This document shows, piece by piece, positions 47,996 to 56,617 of a stretch of 64,000 bases of DNA. The stretch lies in IMG/VR virus record IMGVR_UViG_3300020576_007701; one strand, 5' to 3'. The notes beneath the pieces are model-generated. The model saw nothing but the letters and a program-made list of their open reading frames with translations, was not told the DNA's origin and did not search any database. The DNA is from a virus (lineage: Duplodnaviria > Caudoviricetes). The position numbers and the translations under genes are program-made. Every line of letters begins with the position of its first letter. Positions within the stretch are counted from its first letter, which is position 1.

Positions 47996-47998
47996 TTT

Positions 47999-48424
47999 AT
48001 GGAATTAATCACACAACAAATTTGTAAAACTTCTGACTTGGGTGTTCATGGGAACTTGTTCGGAGGAACAATGCTTAGCTGGTTAGATTTATCTGCAGCA
48101 ATCATGGCAACCAAGATTTGCAAAACCAAAGACATGGTTACCGTAAAAATGGATTGCGTTGAATTTAAGGCACCCGTAAAAGAAAACCATACCATCGCTA
48201 TATATGGAGAGGTATACTTCATGGGAACGTCTTCCATAGGTCTTAAACTAGTAGCTAAACGTCACGAGATTTATAGCGAAGACGAAACTGAAGTGTGTTC
48301 TGTAAAAACCACATTTGTTAGAATCACAGATGAAGGAAAATCAAGACCTATTGATCTTGAAGTAAGAAACAAATATTCAAATTTACCAAAAAAACCAATC
48401 GCAGATGCCGTTACCAAATATTAA
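47999..48424 (+). CDS. acyl-CoA thioesterase (hotdog fold, YciA-like)
   Basis: HGNLFGGTMLSWLD, VTVKMD.VEF..PV, GTSSI, TFVRI...G.SRP. Confidence 0.85.
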   Translation: MELITQQICKTSDLGVHGNLFGGTMLSWLDLSAAIMATKICKTKDMVTVKMDCVEFKAPVKENHTIAIYGEVYFMGTSSIGLKLVAKRHEIYSEDETEVCSVKTTFVRITDEGKSRPIDLEVRNKYSNLPKKPIADAVTKY

Positions 48425-48971
48425 AATAGGAAAAGAAGAAAGAGCTTATGATGGCTATTTCAAAATTGACCAAGCTGAAATGCAAGAAATTCATGAAAGC
48501 GGAGAAATAAAAACATTCAAGCGTTTTAAGGTTACACGACCTGATGCTGTTGGAATACTTGTTTACAATGAAAGTAGCAGAAAAATTATTTTAGTTCGCC
48601 AACAAAGATATCCAATTGCTCACAAAGTAGAAGAAAACATACTTGAAATTGTTGCTGGCAAAATTGACGCTGGCGAAACACCAGCGCAAGCCGCAGTAAG
48701 AGAAATGGAAGAAGAAATAGGTTACAAAATTACCGAAGACATGTTGCATTGTCACATGGAAACTTTCCCTTCCCCAGGATACTCAAGTGAGACGGTCCAC
48801 ATTTACATTGTAGTAGTTGGAGATAAACACAAAGTATCAAATGGCGGCGGAGTTCTAGGAGAGCATGAAAACATTGAAATTGTAGAATTAGATCGTGTTG
48901 AATTTTTAAGTCTAATTAAAGACGGAAAAATTAAAGATGGCAAAACAATTCTGGCCTCAACAATTTTGTAA
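48405..48971 (+). CDS. nudF: Nudix hydrolase, ADP-ribose pyrophosphatase type
   Basis: Nudix box GKIDAGETPAQAAVREMEEEIGY; QQRYP, SPGYSSE, EHENIE, IKDGKT. Confidence 0.8.
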   Translation: MPLPNIKIGKEERAYDGYFKIDQAEMQEIHESGEIKTFKRFKVTRPDAVGILVYNESSRKIILVRQQRYPIAHKVEENILEIVAGKIDAGETPAQAAVREMEEEIGYKITEDMLHCHMETFPSPGYSSETVHIYIVVVGDKHKVSNGGGVLGEHENIEIVELDRVEFLSLIKDGKIKDGKTILASTIL

Positions 48972-49159
48972 TGTCAAAAACAAATCCAAGAATACATATA
49001 ATTTGCGGAATGTGCGGCAACAAAAATGAAATGAAATTTAAAATTGTTGAGGACATAGAAAGTGAAACAAATAAAAAGTATTTAAGAATACATTTGATTT
49101 GTGATAATTGTAGTTCTTTAACTGATTTGAGCGAAATAATTAAAGAGGAAACAAAATAA
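48971..49159 (+). CDS. small Zn-ribbon protein
   Basis: CGMCG...CDNC; coupled within the NAD operon. Confidence 0.55.
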   Translation: MSKTNPRIHIICGMCGNKNEMKFKIVEDIESETNKKYLRIHLICDNCSSLTDLSEIIKEETK

Positions 49160-49160
49160 A

Positions 49161-49775
49161 ATGTCTGATACAGCGGAAAATAAACAACAACATATTGGAT
49201 TGCTTCTTGGTTCATTTAATCCGATACACATAGGACATCTTGTTCTAGCTGAAATGGCATTAGAACAATGTAAGCTAGACGCTGTGTGGTTTATTGTTTC
49301 CCCAATGAATCCCGCTAAAGCAAATAGTGGAACATTAATAAACGAAGATGAAAGATTGTATATGACAAAAATTGCCGCAGAATACAATGAAAAATTTTAT
49401 GTTTCCAACATAGAATTTTCAATGCCAAGGCCATCATATACAAACAACACTCTTAAACATTTAAGAGAAATAAGACCAAATAAAAAGTTTTCTATTATTT
49501 GTGGAACAGATACTCACTTTAAAATTCCACGCTGGAAAAATGCTCAAGATGTAGTTGATAACCATGACTTTATTCTTTATGAACGTGGTGGCAATGACAA
49601 AGGAGTTTGCACAGAAAAAGGTATTGATAAAAAAACAACCATTTTAAAAGATGTACCAGTTCTAGAAATTTCATCAACTTTCATAAGAAATCAAATAAAA
49701 AACAATTTAACATTAAAGCATCTATTACCAGAAGAAGTAATACAACACATTAAAGCAAATAATTTATATAAATAA
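49161..49775 (+). CDS. nadD: nicotinate-mononucleotide adenylyltransferase
   Basis: GSFNPIHIGH, SPMNP, PRPSYT..TL, ICGTD, W, ISSTFIR. Confidence 0.93.
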   Translation: MSDTAENKQQHIGLLLGSFNPIHIGHLVLAEMALEQCKLDAVWFIVSPMNPAKANSGTLINEDERLYMTKIAAEYNEKFYVSNIEFSMPRPSYTNNTLKHLREIRPNKKFSIICGTDTHFKIPRWKNAQDVVDNHDFILYERGGNDKGVCTEKGIDKKTTILKDVPVLEISSTFIRNQIKNNLTLKHLLPEEVIQHIKANNLYK

Positions 49776-49777
49776 AC

Positions 49778-50653
49778 ATGGAAACAACAATTCAAAAAAC
49801 AACCCGTAACTTCCAAGAAGTTAAAAACAGAATCACAAATTGGTTGCAAAACTATTCAGAAAATTCCAACACAAATGGATACATTATAGGCGTTTCTGGT
49901 GGAATTGATTCAGCCGTTTGTTCTACACTTTGCGCTCTAACTGGTCTGCCACTTATTGTTGTAAAGATGTCTATTCATCAAGCTGCTGATCAGGCTGATC
50001 GTGGAACAAAACACATTGAATGGCTTAAATCACGCTTTCCAAATGTCAAATCTTTGGATATTGATTTAACTGATGCATACGACAAAGAAATTGAGTTGCT
50101 TACAAAATCTGGCGCACTTGATGGTGTTAGTGATGACAACATTTTTCTTACATCCGCCAATATAAGATCTCGCTTAAGAATGATTACACTTTACGGCATA
50201 GCTGGAGCTCACAAACTTCTTGTGTGTGGGACTGGAAACAAAGTCGAAGATTATGGTGTTGGATTCTTTACGAAATATGGAGATGGCGGAATTGATTTAT
50301 CTCCGATTGGAGAACTTCTTAAATCTGAGGTATATGCTCTTGGCGCAGAACTTGGAGTAATTGATGAAATTTTACAAGCTCGCCCTACAGATGGATTGTG
50401 GGACGACGGACGCACTGACGAAGATCAAATTGGGGCCACATACGACGAATTAGAGTGGGCCTTGGTTTTTTGTGATACTATACCAGTGCCAGTTTTAAAC
50501 AATTTTCTAAAAGGCGGAAGCATTCCAGCTCTTTATCAACCAATGTTAAGCGCTTTAACCGAGCGTCAATCTGAAGTGGTAAAAATTTATTGGAAACGTC
50601 ACCAGGCCAATGCTCACAAAATGATCATGCCTCCAATTTGTCCTTTAAATTAA
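49778..50653 (+). CDS. nadE: NH3-dependent NAD+ synthetase
   Basis: GVSGGIDSA, NIRSRLRM, GTGNKVE, TKYGDGG, PTDGLW, DEDQIGATY; no glutaminase domain. Confidence 0.93.
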   Translation: METTIQKTTRNFQEVKNRITNWLQNYSENSNTNGYIIGVSGGIDSAVCSTLCALTGLPLIVVKMSIHQAADQADRGTKHIEWLKSRFPNVKSLDIDLTDAYDKEIELLTKSGALDGVSDDNIFLTSANIRSRLRMITLYGIAGAHKLLVCGTGNKVEDYGVGFFTKYGDGGIDLSPIGELLKSEVYALGAELGVIDEILQARPTDGLWDDGRTDEDQIGATYDELEWALVFCDTIPVPVLNNFLKGGSIPALYQPMLSALTERQSEVVKIYWKRHQANAHKMIMPPICPLN

Positions 50654-50658
50654 TCACC

Positions 50659-50871
50659 ATGGAAAAATTGGTTTTATTTTTAACAGTTCTAGCTTGGATA
50701 TTTGGAATATTATCTACAGTTATATTTTTAGGTGCCGTTTATTTAAATGTAACATATATTGGATCTTTACAAGAATCGCTTGATGCACTTCGTGGTAAAA
50801 CACGAACATATAGAGCAGGTGTGTGGCTTTTAATAGCCATTATATGTTGGACTTTTATAATTGTGTTTTAA
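50659..50871 (+). CDS. small membrane protein (2 TM)
   Basis: ATG 50659 preferred; last gene before the terminator. Confidence 0.55.
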   Translation: MEKLVLFLTVLAWIFGILSTVIFLGAVYLNVTYIGSLQESLDALRGKTRTYRAGVWLLIAIICWTFIIVF

Positions 50872-50874
50872 ATA

Positions 50875-50900
50875 AAAAGGCCTCAAATAGAGGCCTTTTT
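50875..50900. terminator. bidirectional intrinsic terminator
   Basis: AAAAGGCCTC/GAGGCCTTTT between convergent genes. Confidence 0.8.
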
Positions 50901-51162
50901 ATTTAAATTTTCTTATTATTCTTAAGTAATAATATTTTAATTTTTCATACAGAGTTCTCAGCTTTCTTTTTTTAGATAAAAACTCATTTACTGTTTTTAT
51001 CTTTTCTTTTTTTATTGCAGCAGCCATTTCGTATTCCTCATTTTTTGTACAAATATCAATCCAAACATTCGCCAAGGCGACTTGTTTTGAGAATGGATAT
51101 TTGACTTTTTCAAGGTTATACCAACTAACTATAAATTTTATTTTTTCTTCTACCTCTGACAT
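50899..51162 (-). CDS. hypothetical protein
   Basis: 87 aa ORF; EEYEMAAAIK UVR-like motif. Confidence 0.5.
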   Translation of the reverse strand: MSEVEEKIKFIVSWYNLEKVKYPFSKQVALANVWIDICTKNEEYEMAAAIKKEKIKTVNEFLSKKRKLRTLYEKLKYYYLRIIRKFK

Positions 51163-51295
51163 TTTAAATGTTCTTTGTATATAATTAGTTTAATAAATTG
51201 GGAAAAAAGCATGCAAATAGCTATAAAATCAAGAAGTTTTACACATTTTACTTTATTATATTGTTAGTTATTTTTATGTTTAAAAAAAACATAAT

Positions 51296-51649
51296 ATGAA
51301 CGAAAATAATATTAGCGGAAGCGCCAATTTAACTTATGAAGGTTATGGGGCTGCAGGAATTAATGGTGCAACCACAACCACAACTGGTGCGTTTTTTGTC
51401 AATTCATACAAAAAAGAGTTGTATGACACAAAAATAATAAATGACACAGAAGGAATGTTTATTGAAATAATTTACAAAATGATCCCAAATCAAAATTATT
51501 CTTATGGTTATGGTTTGACTGATAACAGAACCAAAATAAAAAAAGAAGTATACGGTGTTTTAAATGGCTCTTTACAACTTATTAAAGAGATTGATGGTTT
51601 TGAAAACCCTGGATACTATGTTGATCCTGAAATAGAGTGGCAAGAATAA
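51296..51649 (+). CDS. hypothetical protein
   Basis: 117 aa ORF. Confidence 0.55.
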   Translation: MNENNISGSANLTYEGYGAAGINGATTTTTGAFFVNSYKKELYDTKIINDTEGMFIEIIYKMIPNQNYSYGYGLTDNRTKIKKEVYGVLNGSLQLIKEIDGFENPGYYVDPEIEWQE

Positions 51650-51736
51650 TTTTTTTATCAATCACAGTTTGACTTAGCGGACTTTCTCTATTCAAACATT
51701 GCATATTTTAAAAATTGAAATATATTTATAAAAAAT

Positions 51737-52126
51737 ATGACAATGTCGAGAGGAGAAATACTTATGAAGGCTTTAGCTATCGCTAAAAGAAATGGCTTTG
51801 AAATAAGTGACGATATATTTACAGAAACACCAGCTGAAATATGGCTTAAAGAGGGACAAGATCTTTATTTTAGCCTTATTTTTGATCATAATTTTGCCAA
51901 ATCTTTTTTTTCAGAAGACTTTTTAACTTTCGATGGCTTTGATGAAAATTCAGACAACATATCTTTGTCTGATTGTGAAAAGCCAATGACTGGTCTAATA
52001 ACAAATAGGGCTAATATTAATGTTCCACTTTGGGAATATCACCTTATTCAAATGGTCTTATCAAAAGATCCACTTATTTATATTTACGACTTTGTACTAG
52101 AACATGAGCAATCGAATCTTAATTGA
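51737..52126 (+). CDS. hypothetical protein
   Basis: IFDHNFAKSF...WEYHLIQMV; TATTTAT at 51723-51729. Confidence 0.6.
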   Translation: MTMSRGEILMKALAIAKRNGFEISDDIFTETPAEIWLKEGQDLYFSLIFDHNFAKSFFSEDFLTFDGFDENSDNISLSDCEKPMTGLITNRANINVPLWEYHLIQMVLSKDPLIYIYDFVLEHEQSNLN

Positions 52127-52286
52127 AAATATTGACTACTACTACGAAGAAAAGAACGGTGTAAAATATCGAGTCTTTACTGAACACTATTTATTAAATC
52201 GTGGTTTCTGCTGTTCAAATTCATGCCGCCATTGTCCTTATTCTATAAATTCTAAAAACAAAAAAAATGGCACAGACAAATCTTGA
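52104..52286 (+). CDS. DUF5522-like Cys-rich small protein
   Basis: DYYY...VFTEHYLLNRGFCCSNSCRHCPY. Confidence 0.7.
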   Translation: MSNRILIENIDYYYEEKNGVKYRVFTEHYLLNRGFCCSNSCRHCPYSINSKNKKNGTDKS

Positions 52287-52518
52287 AAAACTAGAAGGTA
52301 TTATTGATTCTAAATTTCCCAGCATAAAAGAATTTATAAGTTCTAAAGAAGAACACAAAATAGAAATTGAGGTTCCTTACAATACTGGGTATAATTGGAA
52401 AAACTTAAATGACTCTTGCTCTCATTTATTTTCTGGAAGCTTCATAGATGTCATTAAAAATAGAACAGTTACATTTAACGAAAAACATTCCTACTTTAAG
52501 GTGACGCTACATTTGTAA
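52267..52518 (+). CDS. hypothetical protein
   Basis: 83 aa ORF. Confidence 0.5.
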   Translation: MAQTNLEKLEGIIDSKFPSIKEFISSKEEHKIEIEVPYNTGYNWKNLNDSCSHLFSGSFIDVIKNRTVTFNEKHSYFKVTLHL

Positions 52519-52550
52519 CGATTATAGTTTGTTTTTTGACTAACATTCTT

Positions 52551-52558
52551 TACATTTG
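52551..52558 (+). promoter_or_regulatory. Bacteroidota sigmaA-type promoter
   Basis: TACATTTG with TTTG 19 nt upstream (52528-52531). Confidence 0.6.
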
Positions 52559-52561
52559 TAA

Positions 52562-53110
52562 ATGGTTTTACCAATTTACATATACGGAGAAAAAATCCTA
52601 AATAATTCAGGCGAGAATATAACTTCTGAATACCCAGATTTAAATATTCTAATAGAAAACATGTTTGAGACAATGTTAAAAGCAAAAGGCATTGGTTTAG
52701 CAGCACAGCAAATTGGTTTGGCAATAAATTTATTTGTCATTAATATCACCCACTATAAAGAGGGTGATGAACTACTTAAAGATTTTAAAAAAGTTTTTAT
52801 AAATTCAGAAATTTTAGAAACAAGTGACGATGAGCAAAGTTTTGTCGAAGGTTGTTTAAGTATACCAGACATACATCTTTCTGTAAAAAGACCAACCAAA
52901 ATTAAATTAAAATATTTTGACGAAAACTTTGTTGAACATATTGAGTGGTTTGATGGTTTGGCTGCACGATGCATACAACACGAATATGACCACACTCAAG
53001 GAAATCTTTTTTTATTAAAAGCTTCGCCATTTGAAAGAAAGATGGCGAGCGGCAAATTGAAAGATATATTAAAAGGAAATTTTGTAACTAATTATAAATG
53101 TAAAATTTAA
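52562..53110 (+). CDS. def: peptide deformylase
   Basis: GIGLAAQQIG, EGCLSIP, QHEYDH. Confidence 0.95.
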   Translation: MVLPIYIYGEKILNNSGENITSEYPDLNILIENMFETMLKAKGIGLAAQQIGLAINLFVINITHYKEGDELLKDFKKVFINSEILETSDDEQSFVEGCLSIPDIHLSVKRPTKIKLKYFDENFVEHIEWFDGLAARCIQHEYDHTQGNLFLLKASPFERKMASGKLKDILKGNFVTNYKCKI

Positions 53111-53113
53111 ACT

Positions 53114-53266
53114 ATGACCGAAGAAATGAAAAAAATATTGCAACAATCTGTAAAGTTGCTAAGATCAAATGGTGGAATAAAAAACAAAGAAATAAAACCA
53201 TTGATATTTAGTATGGAGAAAGCAATTAAACAACGTAGATCTACACAAAGAGTTAAACGTGCATAA
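53114..53266 (+). CDS. small basic protein (50 aa, not in ORF track)
   Basis: MTEEMKKILQQSVKLLRS...RVKRA fills the def-adk gap with 3-4 nt spacers. Confidence 0.5.
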   Translation: MTEEMKKILQQSVKLLRSNGGIKNKEIKPLIFSMEKAIKQRRSTQRVKRA

Positions 53267-53270
53267 AAAT

Positions 53271-53849
53271 ATGAAGAATATAATTTTAATAGGACCTCCT
53301 GGAGCTGGTAAAGGAACTCAAGCAAAAATATTAGCTCAAAAATATGGTTATGTTCACATATCCACTGGAGACCTAATCAGAGAAGAACAAGTAAAAGACA
53401 CAGCTATTGGAAAATTAGCTAAAAGATTAATTGATCAAGGTAATTTTTTGCCAGATGAAATAACAATACAAATTGTTAAACAAAAAATACTTGACAACAT
53501 TAATGTTCCTGGATTTATATTTGATGGATTCCCAAGAACCGTAGAACAAGCTAAGGCTTTGGATTTTTTTCTCATCAATAGAAAGACACCAATAAATAAT
53601 GTTTTGTTTTTCGAACTCGCAGATGAAGTTATCAAGAGCAGAATAGAAGAAAGATCAAAGACAGAAAATAGAGCGGACGACAACTCTTCTGTTATAGAAA
53701 CTAGAATTCACAACTATAAAACTAAAACAGTGCCAATAAAAGATTATTATCAAGATAGTCGCTTATTTGGAAATAAAATGCTTAATACCATAAATGGAAA
53801 CAATTCACTAGAAATGGTTACTCTTGAAATAGAAGAAGTTATTTCTTAG
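53271..53849 (+). CDS. adk: adenylate kinase (short form, lid-less)
   Basis: GPPGAGKGTQA, HISTGDLIR, FDGFPRTVEQA, RADD; ATG 53271 preferred. Confidence 0.92.
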   Translation: MKNIILIGPPGAGKGTQAKILAQKYGYVHISTGDLIREEQVKDTAIGKLAKRLIDQGNFLPDEITIQIVKQKILDNINVPGFIFDGFPRTVEQAKALDFFLINRKTPINNVLFFELADEVIKSRIEERSKTENRADDNSSVIETRIHNYKTKTVPIKDYYQDSRLFGNKMLNTINGNNSLEMVTLEIEEVIS

Positions 53850-54304
53850 TATTTTGAAGGGTCTATTTTTGAAGAATATTTGTTATTAATCAAACTAACA
53901 AATTTATCATAACCATTAACATTATTTAAATCAGCTATCAAAACAGGTAGCTGATTTTTTTCTCCCCTAAGTATTTGTCCTATTTTAAGCGACCAATAAC
54001 TGGCACCATCTTCTCCGATTGTTCTATATATGTCAATTAACATCATAGAGTCATGAACTGTCTCAAATTCAAATTGCCACAATTCTTCGTTTTCGCTTTT
54101 TGGTAAGTAGTCAGTTAACCTGTATCTGTTTAGGTTTATTATATCAGTGGCCAATGTATTTTCGCCAAAAGATCTACCATTCTGATAATTGTGTATTATT
54201 TGAGTCTTATAATCTGGCGCTGTAGCAACAAACACATTTTCATTTAAAGCGTCCAGAACAACGGATAGTTGATCTCTTATTATTTTTTTTAATATAAAAC
54301 TCAT
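53846..54304 (-). CDS. putative internal head protein
   Basis: Leader ILKKIIRDQL...LNE; TATTTAT at 54320-54326 (-). Confidence 0.5.
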   Translation of the reverse strand: MSFILKKIIRDQLSVVLDALNENVFVATAPDYKTQIIHNYQNGRSFGENTLATDIINLNRYRLTDYLPKSENEELWQFEFETVHDSMMLIDIYRTIGEDGASYWSLKIGQILRGEKNQLPVLIADLNNVNGYDKFVSLINNKYSSKIDPSKY

Positions 54305-54352
54305 ACCTTATATTTTATTATAAATATAAAGCAATTTTCGCAATGTCTGGGT

Positions 54353-54931
54353 TTATTTTCTTAAAATTTCATTTGTAATTGATAAAATCTCCTCAATTGC
54401 GCCTAGAGCTACATCTCTATTTGAGGCCCAGGCCTCTTTTAATTTTTTTAGTTCCTCTGGGTTGTCAGTTGATCTGATATCATCTTCTATTTTAAACTGA
54501 AATCTTATAACCCTAACAGCTTCATTGATAGATTCAAATGGATTAAAACCCTTGTGGTGATAAAAAAATCTTTCTAATTCTCTTGTAAATTCCCTAGACC
54601 ACAAATACTCTTTATCTATCTCTGCACCCTCTGGGGCCATTTGATTATAGTACTTATAATAAATTTTTTCTACCTGCTCTGCGTTACCAGCCCTATCAAA
54701 CTCTTTAGCAATAGTCCTCTTTTCATTGTTTGTTAAGTAGGTCTCCGCAAATAACCTTGTTGAATAACCAAGTTTTACATTATACTCTTTTGTTGACATA
54801 AGTAGAGCGCCAAGATTTTTTACACTTTCATTTATGTTGTGTATTTGAGAGCTTAATTGCTCGTTTTCTTTCCTTAGTTTATCTAATTCAGCAATTAATT
54901 CTTCTTGGTTTTTTATTTGAGCACTTTCCAT
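54353..54931 (-). CDS. protein resembling the C-terminal domain of large-phage prohead scaffold proteins
   Basis: Coiled coil, then NVKLGYSTRLF...LT..EK..I...FDRA....V..IY; recognised from memory only. Confidence 0.4.
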   Translation of the reverse strand: MESAQIKNQEELIAELDKLRKENEQLSSQIHNINESVKNLGALLMSTKEYNVKLGYSTRLFAETYLTNNEKRTIAKEFDRAGNAEQVEKIYYKYYNQMAPEGAEIDKEYLWSREFTRELERFFYHHKGFNPFESINEAVRVIRFQFKIEDDIRSTDNPEELKKLKEAWASNRDVALGAIEEILSITNEILRK

Positions 54932-55001
54932 AATGTCTAGTTTTTTTAGAAATATACGTATTTTGTTTTGAAAAATAAAATTTATTGTTTATATTTTTAT
55001 T

Positions 55002-55379
55002 ATGAAAGAAAGAGAATATATCATACCTTCGAATTTAAATGAATGCATTATGATTCTTGAATCTATTATGGCCGATTCAGAACAAAAAGATTCAGATGAT
55101 TTTAAGAATTCTTCTGAGTTTGATTGTGTAGCATTAACGCACCATGGTCTAGGCAGATGGTTAAGAAATAATTGGGGACTATGGAAAAAGGAAAGTGCAT
55201 TATACAAATATTTTAATAAAATGGGCCTTTGGCACGCCGATGATATGTCTAGTTTAATTATCAGATCTTATCACAGACATATAAATGATAAAAAAATAAA
55301 TCTTAAATTGCAGATAAATAAAACAATAAAATACTGGACTAAATACCAAAAAGAAAACGGACCAATTTCTCATGAATAA
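55002..55379 (+). CDS. DUF6794-like protein
   Basis: HHGLGRWLRNNWGLW...HADDMS. Confidence 0.6.
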   Translation: MKEREYIIPSNLNECIMILESIMADSEQKDSDDFKNSSEFDCVALTHHGLGRWLRNNWGLWKKESALYKYFNKMGLWHADDMSSLIIRSYHRHINDKKINLKLQINKTIKYWTKYQKENGPISHE

Positions 55380-55572
55380 AAAAGTAAAACTATATTTAAT
55401 ATTTATGACCATTATAGCGTTTGCTATAGGGGTATTAGGAACTTCAATGTTTTTTTTATTTATTACACCAATTAAAGGTCTGTTCTTAGCTACAGCTGGC
55501 TTCCTGGTTTCTTGGATAATAAACGAAGAAGTCATGAAATACGAAACTTTCGAAGAAGACTATGAGTACTAA
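55372..55572 (+). CDS. small membrane protein
   Basis: Two hydrophobic segments. Confidence 0.55.
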   Translation: MNKKVKLYLIFMTIIAFAIGVLGTSMFFLFITPIKGLFLATAGFLVSWIINEEVMKYETFEEDYEY

Positions 55573-55741
55573 AGTTTTGCTTGTCAACGAGTGGTTAGAA
55601 CTTAAAAAGCTTGAAGTTTTGAAAAACCAACTTTTGGCAGCATCAGAAAAAATAGGACCTACTAGCATGCCCTACTTTAATGGTACCTGGGTAATAAAAA
55701 ATCTATTTGGTTTTTCAAATTTAATCAAAAAAAAGTCGTAA
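55562..55741 (+). CDS. small hypothetical protein (59 aa, not in ORF track)
   Basis: MSTKVLLVNEWLELKK... overlaps the upstream stop and fills the gap. Confidence 0.4.
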   Translation: MSTKVLLVNEWLELKKLEVLKNQLLAASEKIGPTSMPYFNGTWVIKNLFGFSNLIKKKS

Positions 55742-55764
55742 TTTTGTAATATAAAAATAAACAA

Positions 55765-55959
55765 ATGGCAGATTTAACTACAATCAAAACACAAATTTCA
55801 GCTTTAAGCTACGAAGACAAAATCGCTCTTAGCTCTTGGATTCACACAGAAATTCAAGCTGGTATGGCTGAAAATACAAAAAAGTCTATGGAAAAACTAG
55901 ATACTAAAACAGAAGGTTTTTTAAACAAAGCAAGAAGCATTTTTAAAATTAATTCCTAG
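55765..55959 (+). CDS. hypothetical protein
   Basis: 64 aa ORF with A-rich leader. Confidence 0.55.
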   Translation: MADLTTIKTQISALSYEDKIALSSWIHTEIQAGMAENTKKSMEKLDTKTEGFLNKARSIFKINS

Positions 55960-56549
55960 CGATTGTTATATTTGTTTTTAAAAAATTCTTTTGATAGAAT
56001 TGATATTTGTTGTGGTGTAACATTGTATTTCTCTTGAAATATTATTCCCTTATCCATTAATTTTTTATAAAACACAGAAGGTTTTCTGTAATATAAACAA
56101 TTCAATACCGCTGGCATTGAATCTTCTCCAGTAATGTACCTTTCAGAGTATTCAACATCCCCTGGTACAATTTGTTTTTTTGTTATATCTGATCTTAAAT
56201 CGTGGAAAATTTTCCAAACCCCGTAAGCTTTAGGGGTTATATTTCCAGTTCTATCTGGTGTAAGTCCCATTGGAAAAATATCCATCATTCCAAGTTCATA
56301 TATTGTTGGACCAATACCATTTTCTGCAGCAACATTTACGACCACACATTGTCTTGGCGATGATTGTTTCATTGAAATAACAGCCAAGCATTTAACCTCA
56401 TTAAAATCAAATAAAGTAAGTTGTCTTTCCTGACCAACCATTTCATCCACCAAACCAACATGTGGACCAAGCGACATTAAACTAGGTGCTATCTCGCTTA
56501 TGATTGATTCCTCAAGTGTTTTTTTGATTATATCTCTTACGTTAATCAT
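55956..56549 (-). CDS. GNAT-like acetyltransferase with putative capsid-targeting leader
   Basis: VVNVAAENGIGPTIYE...LTPDR...ITPKAYGVW; leader VRDIIKKTLEESIISE; TATTTAC at 56555-56561 (-). Confidence 0.45.
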   Translation of the reverse strand: MINVRDIIKKTLEESIISEIAPSLMSLGPHVGLVDEMVGQERQLTLFDFNEVKCLAVISMKQSSPRQCVVVNVAAENGIGPTIYELGMMDIFPMGLTPDRTGNITPKAYGVWKIFHDLRSDITKKQIVPGDVEYSERYITGEDSMPAVLNCLYYRKPSVFYKKLMDKGIIFQEKYNVTPQQISILSKEFFKNKYNNR

Positions 56550-56617
56550 CTATAGTAAATATTGCCAAAACTTTAAAAACAGGTTTTTAAACCTATTTAT
56601 AGTTAAACATTTTAAAC

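Noticed and set aside
35887-53849. Bacterial chromosome origin suggested by housekeeping genes (thyA, nad genes, def, adk, cca)
   Set aside because: They are interleaved with homing endonucleases, phage-type hypotheticals and shared phage promoter motifs, without bacterial operon context such as rpmI-rplT after infC
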